Positions 57,080 to 64,000 of a stretch of DNA of 64,000 nucleotides are shown in pieces (the first letter of the stretch is position 1; every line of letters begins with the position of its first letter). The position numbers and the translations under genes are program-made. Location of the stretch: positions 20,252-84,251 of the forward strand of contig DATFHG010000111.1 in the NCBI GenBank assembly GCA_035248725.1, read 5' to 3'. The notes below the pieces were generated by a model. The model saw only the letters and a list, made by a program, of their open reading frames with translations. It was not told where the DNA came from and ran no database searches. Source of the DNA: Gemmatimonadaceae bacterium (GTDB lineage Bacteria; Gemmatimonadota; Gemmatimonadetes; Gemmatimonadales; Gemmatimonadaceae).

Positions 57080-58065
57080 CGCATCCGGATCTCCGAGTGA
57101 TCGCCGATGGTGGCGTCGCCGCGGAACCCTTCCATCACGACTTCATCGCCGACGAGCGAGTCGTGCAGCTCCGTCTTCGCGAGTCGCGATTTCGTCCCCA
57201 CGATGGAATCCCGGATCTTCGAATCCTCGATCACGGTGCCGGCGCCGATCGACACGTTCGGACCGACGGTCGAGCGATGGATCGTCACGCCGTCCTCGAT
57301 GTAGACGGGCTCCACGATCTTCGCGTCCGCCGACAGGTTGGCGGGCTTCCGCGCCATCTTCCGCTTCTCGAGCATGACGCGGTTGGTTTCGATGAGCGTA
57401 TCGAGCTTCCCGGCGTCGTACCACCCCTCCACGTCCACCACCCTCAGCTTTGCGCCCTTCTCCACCATGTACTGGAACGCGTCGGTGAGGTAGAACTCGC
57501 CCTTGTTCGCGGGCTGCTTCATCACGTGGTCGATTCCCTCGAACATGAGCTTCCAGTTCGCGATGTACTGCAGTCCGATGTTCGCCCGCCTGGAGATGGG
57601 CTCGGTCGGCTTCTCGACGATCCGGGTCATGTGGCTGTTCTTGTCGGTGACGACGACGCCGAAGCGCTGGTAATCCTCGACCTCTTTCACCCAGATGATG
57701 CCGTCGTCCTTCGACGATTTGATGATGCTGAAGTCCGCGTCGAAGATCGTGTCGACGAAGATGATCATCACGGGTTGGTCCACGTGCGGCTTCGCGAGCG
57801 CGACGGCGTCCGCGGTGCCGCGCTGCTGTTTCTGCTCGATGAACACGGACTTCCACGGATACTTCTTCCGCGCGTAGTCCTCGACCTTCTCCTTGAGATG
57901 GCCGGTGATGTAGATGACTTCCTCGACGCCGCCCAGCTGCTTCAAATCGTCCATGACGTAGTCGATTACCGGCTTGCCGGCGATGCGCAGCATCGGCTTG
58001 GGCGTAAGATGTGTATGCGGACGCAGACGCGTCCCCTTTCCTGCGAGCGGAATGATCACCTTCAT
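57076..58065 (-). CDS. Sugar-phosphate nucleotidyltransferase with C-terminal left-handed beta-helix
   Basis: MKVIIPLAGKGTRLRPHTHLTPKPML... (G-x-G-T-R-L nucleotide-binding signature) at ATG 58065. Hexapeptide-like C-terminus IVEPVYIEDGVTIHRSTVGPNVSIGAGTVIEDSKI. ORF 57076..58659 is a shadow extension. Confidence 0.88.
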   Translation of the reverse strand: MKVIIPLAGKGTRLRPHTHLTPKPMLRIAGKPVIDYVMDDLKQLGGVEEVIYITGHLKEKVEDYARKKYPWKSVFIEQKQQRGTADAVALAKPHVDQPVMIIFVDTIFDADFSIIKSSKDDGIIWVKEVEDYQRFGVVVTDKNSHMTRIVEKPTEPISRRANIGLQYIANWKLMFEGIDHVMKQPANKGEFYLTDAFQYMVEKGAKLRVVDVEGWYDAGKLDTLIETNRVMLEKRKMARKPANLSADAKIVEPVYIEDGVTIHRSTVGPNVSIGAGTVIEDSKIRDSIVGTKSRLAKTELHDSLVGDEVVMEGFRGDATIGDHSEIRMR

Positions 58066-58466
58066 GGTGTGCTGGTTCCCTCTCGACCGTAGCGGTCCTT
58101 GAGACGCACGACGTCGTCGAGATGCGGAGTGGACGCCTCGAGCACGTCGCAATCGGTTATCGCCTGCATGTAGTGCACGGTGCCGGGCGCGATGCGGAAG
58201 GACTCGCCAGTTTTGAGCCGCATGTCCTGCAGGTCGTCGCGGTCCGGCAGTTTCACCCAGTAGCTCATTTCGCCGGCGAGCAGGTGGACGGTCTCGTCCT
58301 TTCGCTGGTGATATTGGATCGAGAGCGCTTCGCCGGCGTTGATGTGCAGGATCTTCCCGACGTACGCGTCGGTGTGCGCCCAGATGAGCTCGTATCCCCA
58401 GGGCTTGGGAACACGGGTCACCGGCACTCGGGCGGTCAGCGGATTGCCTTTGGGGTAGTCGGACAT
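58062..58466 (-). CDS. Cupin-domain protein (type II phosphomannose isomerase-like)
   Basis: KPWGYELIWAHTDAYVGKILHINAGEALSIQYHQRKDETVHLLAGE...IAPGTVHYMQA. Stop overlaps the downstream ATG (ATGA). Confidence 0.8.
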   Translation of the reverse strand: MSDYPKGNPLTARVPVTRVPKPWGYELIWAHTDAYVGKILHINAGEALSIQYHQRKDETVHLLAGEMSYWVKLPDRDDLQDMRLKTGESFRIAPGTVHYMQAITDCDVLEASTPHLDDVVRLKDRYGREGTSTP

Positions 58467-58600
58467 TGGCGGCGAAATATCGCTGGATCGGCGTGGAACG
58501 ACGACGGGCGCCTCGCGACCACGCCTGGATACGGCGGATTGGCCATCGAATCAGAACGGTATCGGCACAGGGCATAAGTCCTGCTCTGCCCGCCGTGTAG

Positions 58601-60385
58601 ATGATTCTCGCACCGCGATATCTGCCGCGCCTGGCCGCGACGGTCGGGCTGTTCACCAAGTACGGCCTGGCCGACGTCGCCGATCGTACGGGGCTGCGCG
58701 CGCTCGTCGAAAACGACGAGGCGGCGGACGGGAACGGTGCGTCACCGGAGAAGGCGGTGAAATTCCGCCAGCGCCTGGTCGAGCTCGGCCCCGCCTACAT
58801 CAAGCTCGGTCAGGTGCTGTCGACTCGCCCGGACCTCGTGCCGGATTCATACGTCCGCGAGCTCGAGAAGCTGCAGGACGACGTGCCGGGCATCAGCTAC
58901 GAGGAGGTCGAAGCGACCGTCGAGCACGAGCTCCAGGCGCGGATGAGCAAGCTGTTCGAGTCGTTCGAGCGGGAGCCACTCGGCACCGCGAGCCTTGGAC
59001 AGGTGCACGCCGCCGTTCTCCGCGGTGGACGCGACGTCGTCGTGAAGGTGCAGCGACCGAACATCCGCGAGGTGCTCGCCGACGATCTCGACTTCTTCCG
59101 TGAGCTCGCGACGTTTCTGACGCGACACACCGAGATGGGCGCGCGCGTGGACATGCTCGGCGTCATCCAGCAGCTCGAGCGCGCGCTGCTGGATGAGCTG
59201 GATTACCGGATCGAGGCGCGGAATGCGGCCACCTTCCGCCGGGCGCTCGCGGAGTTTCCGCGGCTGCTCGTGCCCAAGGTGATCGAGGGCTACACCACGG
59301 AAAGAGTCCTCACCACCGAGCGCGTCCGCGGGCTCAAGATCGACGAGGTGAATCCTCTGGTCCGCATCGAGCACGATTTCGGCGCCGTCGCGGAGGAGCT
59401 CACGCGCGCGTACCTCAAGACGATCATCATCGACGGGCACTTTCACGCCGATCCGCATCCCGGAAACGTCTTCGTGATTCTGGCGGAGACCGAGAATCCG
59501 ATGACGCCGGCGGAGCTCAAGGCACGCGATCGTCGAGCGGTCAGCCGGCCGGCGCTCACGCCGATTCAGCGGATCGAACAGCAGGCGCAGAACACCGCCC
59601 CGCCAGCGCCCGACGTCGACGTGAAGCTCGCGATGATCGACTTCGGCATGACGGCGCGGCTGTCGACCAAGATGCGCGAGCAGATCGTGCACCTGCTGAT
59701 GGCGCTCTCGGACAATCGCGGCGACGACGCCGCGGAAACGCTGATCGAGCTCGGCGATCCCCTGCCCGATTTCGATCGCGTCGCGTACACCCGCGAGATC
59801 GCCGGCCTGATCGCGCGCAATTACGACCTCTCGATCGGCGAAGTGCAGGCGGGCAAGGTGCTGTACGAGGTGATCAACATCTCGTACCAGCAGGGGCTCC
59901 GGCTACCCGCGGAATTGACGCTGCTCGCCAAAGCCCTCTTCAATCTCGACGGCGTCACGCGCGCGCTCGATCCGTTGTTCAGTCCGATCGACGCCATTCG
60001 CGATTACGCGAATCAGCTCGCCGCCGAGCGGGCACGGAAGGATTTCTCCCCGCGGCGTCTCTTCCAGATCGCGACGGAGAGTACGGACTTCGTCGCGGCG
60101 CTGCCGCATCGTCTCGAGGTGATCACCCAGAAGCTGGCCGCCGGTGAGTTCGAGACCAAGATGGAAGTGCCGCAGCTGCTCGTGCTGCTGAAAGGCCTGC
60201 AGAAGGTTGCGAACCGGATCTTCACGGGCCTCGTGCTCGCGGGCATCGTGATCGCGAGCGGGCTGCTGATGCCGTACCGTCGTTCGCTCGCGACCACGGG
60301 GTTCATCATCGCCGCCGTCCTCGGCCTGGCGATGGTGGTGAACATCATTCTCGCCGATCGACGCAGCCGCTCGCCCGGCGAGTAG
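58601..60385 (+). CDS. ubiB: ABC1/UbiB-family atypical kinase
   Basis: LGPAYIKLGQVLSTRPDLVP...PLGTASLGQVHAA...VKVQRP...FHADPHPGNVFV...IDFGM, plus two C-terminal TM helices. Confidence 0.9.
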   Translation: MILAPRYLPRLAATVGLFTKYGLADVADRTGLRALVENDEAADGNGASPEKAVKFRQRLVELGPAYIKLGQVLSTRPDLVPDSYVRELEKLQDDVPGISYEEVEATVEHELQARMSKLFESFEREPLGTASLGQVHAAVLRGGRDVVVKVQRPNIREVLADDLDFFRELATFLTRHTEMGARVDMLGVIQQLERALLDELDYRIEARNAATFRRALAEFPRLLVPKVIEGYTTERVLTTERVRGLKIDEVNPLVRIEHDFGAVAEELTRAYLKTIIIDGHFHADPHPGNVFVILAETENPMTPAELKARDRRAVSRPALTPIQRIEQQAQNTAPPAPDVDVKLAMIDFGMTARLSTKMREQIVHLLMALSDNRGDDAAETLIELGDPLPDFDRVAYTREIAGLIARNYDLSIGEVQAGKVLYEVINISYQQGLRLPAELTLLAKALFNLDGVTRALDPLFSPIDAIRDYANQLAAERARKDFSPRRLFQIATESTDFVAALPHRLEVITQKLAAGEFETKMEVPQLLVLLKGLQKVANRIFTGLVLAGIVIASGLLMPYRRSLATTGFIIAAVLGLAMVVNIILADRRSRSPGE

Positions 60386-63300
60386 CTACCACAGATCGTT
60401 GAACGTCAGCGCCCATCGCGGCGCGACGCGCCCCGCGCCTGCGTGACCCCGGTCGATGGCCAATGCCGGCTCGGAGACATAGAGCGGCGAGTCCAGTCGA
60501 ATGAACAGCGGGCGATCGAACAACCGGCCGCTGACACTCACGCCGACACCCGCATCACTCAACGTTCGGGAATTGCCACTCTCCCCGACCGAGGCCGCGT
60601 CGCCAAACGCGTGCAGCCGGAATGCGAGCGCGGCGTCCCGACCGCGCGCGCGCGTCCACGTGCCGAGTTGCCTGGACAGCTCGATGTTGGTGCCGACCAG
60701 TCGTGACGCGGGCAGATCCCAGCGATAGCCGCGCAATGCGCCGCCGCCCAATGGCAACCAATCGACGTTGGGTTGCTTGAGTATGGCGCCCGCCGGGCGC
60801 CACCAATGGTTGTCGAACGTCGTGACCGGATCCTGGGCGCTGAGGTACAGCGCGCGCTGCAAGGGCGCGTTCTCTTCGTCCGCCGCATAGCCGCGGATGT
60901 CCAGTCGCCAGCCACGCCGCAGCGGCTGCCGCCCGCCGAGCGCGAATTCCCCCTTGCCGTAATAGTCGTGATCGGCCTTACCGAGCACCACGCTCGGCGT
61001 GACGAAGAAGTACGCACCATTCGGCGGCCCGAAGTGCCACCGGGCGCGCGCCGCGATGTCGCCGATGTTTCTGCTGCTCCACAGCTCCGGGAGCAGTCTT
61101 CCGGTGTCCCCGAAAAACCCCGGCGAGATGTTCGCCTGGGCGTACGTGAGGGCCAGCGACATGTCGCTCGATCCGCGCAGCGTCGACAGCGCGCGCTCCA
61201 GGCCGATGTCGTACTTGAGAATGTCGTCGAGCGATGCCGCGCCGAGCGACGCGACGAACCGTGAATGCGTGACGAAATTGCCCCGCGCCCAGTATTGCAA
61301 TCGATCCATGACCGGCAGGGCAACGCCGGCCTTCGTCACGTACGCGAGTCCGGCCTGCACCTCCTGCTGATCCAGGTAGCTGGCGCGGACGCGGGCGCCG
61401 AGCGTCACACCGCCCCCGTTCGAGTACCACGCCATGGGCCGGACGAGCGCCACCGCGTGTTCTCGATCCGCTTGCGCGAGAAAGGGCCAGTCCACATTCC
61501 ATCGCTCGTGCCCCAGACCCAGCGCATTCTCATGGGCGTCGTTCAGGCGATTCCAGTCCCACGAGGTGTGCATCGGATCGAGCCGCACCTCGAGGGGCGC
61601 ATCCGCCGTGCGAATGCGAACGATCTGCGTCCGAAACAGCGGATCGATCCTGCCGAGCGTCCACCCGCGTGCCGTGCGCACACCGACGGCGATCGGATGG
61701 AGGTACTCCCCCCATCTGCGAACCCGGACGTCGACGACGTACGCGGACGAGTCGCGCCCGATCTGGACGTCGCCGAGGGAATAATCCACGACGCCGGTGT
61801 GATGGATCCACTGGTCGAAAAACCAGCCGAGGTCGCGTCCGCTCGCTCGCTCGGCTGACGCGCGCATCGCGCGTTCGTCCACGTGCTTGAGCTTCCAGCG
61901 CGCGTAGTAGTCGTGCAGGAACGCGACGAAGGCGGAATCACCGATCGCGTCGCGCAGCTGGCCGTACATCACCTCGGCGCGATCGTAGATCATGTCGTTG
62001 TAGACGCGGAAGTCACGGAAGTCCTGCGCGCGCGTCCCGATCGCCTGCGCTTCGCCCTGCAGATCCGTGATCGACTCCGAGACGCCGAGGGCATCCTGCG
62101 GCGTGAACGTGGGCCGGATCGCCAGTCCGCGATAGCCAGACACACGCGCCGGCTCCTGTGGCTGCTGCTGTGAGAATTCCTGCTGCGTGCTGCCTTCGGC
62201 CCAGCTGGTCTGGTACGATGTCAGGCCCTCGTCCATCCAGCCGCTGCGCCATTCGTTGTTGCCGAGGATGCCATAGGTGAAGACGTGTCCACCTTCGTGC
62301 AGAATGAGACCCTGTGACGCCGAGCCGTTCATCTGCATCATGGGAAACTCGGTGCCGCCGCCGTCCAGGCGGTGCAACACGGTCATTTGCGGATACGCGT
62401 ATGTGCCGTACACGTGCTCGAGCCAGCCGAGCGCGTTGATGGTGCGCTGCACGGCCCGCAGCCCGCCCCAGGTGCTGTCGTCACCCGGCTGATACAGCAC
62501 GTTGACGGATACGGTGTCCCACGCGGGCGATTCACCGGTTCGCGTCGGGCGCACGTAGACACCGCCCTCGTAGCGATAGTTCGGCGATGTGGACCACGCG
62601 AAGTGGTGCACATCGCGGGCAACGAAGCGCACCGCCCGGTAGCCTGAGGGAATCATCACGGTGGCGCCGCCCGCCACATTTCCGTACGCCTGCGACGCCG
62701 TGCGTACCGCGCCCGCCGCGGCGACACGCGACCAGCCGGGATCACCCGACACCGGCACCCCGGTGGCGCCGATCACCTGGTCGTCCGCGACGACGAGCGT
62801 CACGTCATACGTGCCGTATTCCCCGTAGAATTCGCCGGCGGGCTGCAGGGCGTTGTATTCCCAGCCGGCGCGATCATACACAGCGACCTTGGGATACCAC
62901 TGCGCCAGGTCCCAGTGTCGACCGCGTCGTCCCTGGCGTCGCGGCACCGTGGATGGACGCGCATCCCATGCGAAGTCGACGACGACGGAATCGCCAGGCG
63001 CCAGCACGCGCGGCAGCGCAAAATGCGCGACGGTGCTATCCGGTGCGCCCGGGTAGTCGACGCCCACCGCTGCGCCGTCGACGCGCACGGGAGCCGTAAA
63101 CCGCTCGTACCCGTAGTCCGGTTCACGGAGATGCTGAAAGCGATCCCGTCCCTCGCGCTCGTCGATCTCACTCCACTTCGAGCCGGGCCTGAACGCGTTG
63201 AGGTACTGATGCACGTACATCTCGCGCAGCGTGTCGGGCGAGTTGTTCACGTACCGCAGCGTTGCCCGTGCACTCACGCGGTCGTGCGGCTCGTCCAGCG

Positions 63301-63430
63301 TGGCGGCGATCGTGTACCTGATGCGCTGCTGCCAGTACCCTGCGGTATCGCCCGAGGGAGGCGTGGAGTTTCCGCTGGGAAGCGCGGGGTGCTGCTGCAG
63401 CAGCGCGAGAAATGCCGCGTGAATGAGCAT
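60386..63430 (-). CDS. M1-family zinc aminopeptidase domain fused to an Omp85-like C-terminal beta-barrel
   Basis: HEGGH-X18-E (HEGGHVFTYGILGNNEWRSGWMDEGL; HEGGH codons at 62284-62298). The C-terminal ~370 aa are strand-like with LGGGALRGY (RGY codons 60725-60733) and a terminal ...RWALTFNDLW. Confidence 0.8.
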   Translation of the reverse strand: MLIHAAFLALLQQHPALPSGNSTPPSGDTAGYWQQRIRYTIAATLDEPHDRVSARATLRYVNNSPDTLREMYVHQYLNAFRPGSKWSEIDEREGRDRFQHLREPDYGYERFTAPVRVDGAAVGVDYPGAPDSTVAHFALPRVLAPGDSVVVDFAWDARPSTVPRRQGRRGRHWDLAQWYPKVAVYDRAGWEYNALQPAGEFYGEYGTYDVTLVVADDQVIGATGVPVSGDPGWSRVAAAGAVRTASQAYGNVAGGATVMIPSGYRAVRFVARDVHHFAWSTSPNYRYEGGVYVRPTRTGESPAWDTVSVNVLYQPGDDSTWGGLRAVQRTINALGWLEHVYGTYAYPQMTVLHRLDGGGTEFPMMQMNGSASQGLILHEGGHVFTYGILGNNEWRSGWMDEGLTSYQTSWAEGSTQQEFSQQQPQEPARVSGYRGLAIRPTFTPQDALGVSESITDLQGEAQAIGTRAQDFRDFRVYNDMIYDRAEVMYGQLRDAIGDSAFVAFLHDYYARWKLKHVDERAMRASAERASGRDLGWFFDQWIHHTGVVDYSLGDVQIGRDSSAYVVDVRVRRWGEYLHPIAVGVRTARGWTLGRIDPLFRTQIVRIRTADAPLEVRLDPMHTSWDWNRLNDAHENALGLGHERWNVDWPFLAQADREHAVALVRPMAWYSNGGGVTLGARVRASYLDQQEVQAGLAYVTKAGVALPVMDRLQYWARGNFVTHSRFVASLGAASLDDILKYDIGLERALSTLRGSSDMSLALTYAQANISPGFFGDTGRLLPELWSSRNIGDIAARARWHFGPPNGAYFFVTPSVVLGKADHDYYGKGEFALGGRQPLRRGWRLDIRGYAADEENAPLQRALYLSAQDPVTTFDNHWWRPAGAILKQPNVDWLPLGGGALRGYRWDLPASRLVGTNIELSRQLGTWTRARGRDAALAFRLHAFGDAASVGESGNSRTLSDAGVGVSVSGRLFDRPLFIRLDSPLYVSEPALAIDRGHAGAGRVAPRWALTFNDLW

Positions 63431-63487
63431 GACTCAAAGATGACGTGGGCGTTTGCCGACTGACACCGTCACCGCTAAGCTGCCCTC

Positions 63488-64000
63488 ATGCCCGCCTCCG
63501 ATCCTGTCGTGAGCGCCACCACCGCAGTCCGCGACAGCATCGGTGCGTTGCTCGTCCGCGAGCTGCGCGCCGTGCAGCGCGAGATCGACGCCTACCCGGA
63601 CGAGGCCAGCGTCTGGCGCGCCCTGCCCGGCGTCCCGAACACGGGAGGGACGCTCGCGCTCCATCTCGCCGGGAACATCCAGCATTTCGTCGGAGCGATC
63701 CTGGCGCGCGACGGATACGTGCGCGACCGCGACGCCGAGTTTGCGCGGCGCGACGTACCACGCTCGGCATTGCGCGCGGATCTCGACCGCGCGATCGCGT
63801 CCGTCCAGCGCACCATCGGCGCGCTGCGCGACGACCAGCTGCTCGCGCCGTACCCCGAGCCTATCGCCAAGCGGACCGTCACGACGCCCGTCTTCCTGCT
63901 GCACCTGCTGGCGCACCTGGCCTATCACCTTGGCCAGATCGACGTGCATCGACGGGCGGTGAGCGGCGACGAGCGCGGCATCGACGCCGTCTCGGTGCGA
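63488..64000 (+). CDS. DinB-family (DinB_2/DUF1572-like) protein; 3' end runs off the window
   Basis: Not in the ORF track because no stop falls in the window. My translation from ATG 63488 reads MPASDPVVSATTAVRDSIGALLVRELRAVQREIDAYPDEASVWRALPGVPNTGGTLALHLAGNIQHFVGAIL...FLLHLLAHLAYHLGQIDVHRR. This shows the His-triad four-helix DinB pattern. Confidence 0.75.
   Translation, partial: MPASDPVVSATTAVRDSIGALLVRELRAVQREIDAYPDEASVWRALPGVPNTGGTLALHLAGNIQHFVGAILARDGYVRDRDAEFARRDVPRSALRADLDRAIASVQRTIGALRDDQLLAPYPEPIAKRTVTTPVFLLHLLAHLAYHLGQIDVHRRAVSGDERGIDAVSVR

Overview
GC-rich, very gene-dense bacterial chromosomal segment. I see no rRNA, tRNA, CRISPR array, transposase, integrase or phage genes. I call 59 protein-coding genes (two cut by the window edges), four intrinsic-terminator-like hairpins and a few candidate regulatory elements. 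Many long ORFs in the six-frame track are antisense or out-of-frame shadows typical of high-GC DNA. Many real genes start well inside the listed ORF, and I give corrected starts where a family N-terminus, a Shine-Dalgarno sequence or a stop/start overlap supports them. Content is mainly housekeeping and envelope biology:
- maf-dtd, glmS-glmM, purD-mutM, guaB, gpmI, NAD-IDH-like dehydrogenase and cstA
- a UbiD/UbiA/UbiX plus UbiE quinone module next to a squalene-synthase-like gene
- an fdhE-like/mobA/dacB/moeA block
- etfB-etfA plus a membrane Fe-S oxidoreductase (EtfD-like) and a glutaryl-CoA-dehydrogenase-like ACAD
- peptidoglycan enzymes (PBP4, M15, L,D-transpeptidases) and an ECF sigma/anti-sigma pair

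Outer-membrane barrels and lipoproteins indicate a diderm host. Lineage cannot be assigned without a search; Gemmatimonadota-like is only a guess. I did not find a self-contained novel system such as a defence island, secretion machine or mobile element. The items most worth a second look are:
1. A 1014-aa M1 aminopeptidase fused to an Omp85-like C-terminal barrel.
2. cstA separated from its usual small partner ybdD by a zinc-ribbon/polytopic Ser/Thr kinase, with a perfect TGTGA-N6-TCACA box in front of ybdD.
3. A tandem L,D-transpeptidase pair in which the second copy has lost the catalytic His and Cys.
4. A large Big_2/CarboxypepD_reg/DUF2135-like lipoprotein.
5. An ECF sigma/anti-sigma/beta-helix membrane protein trio.
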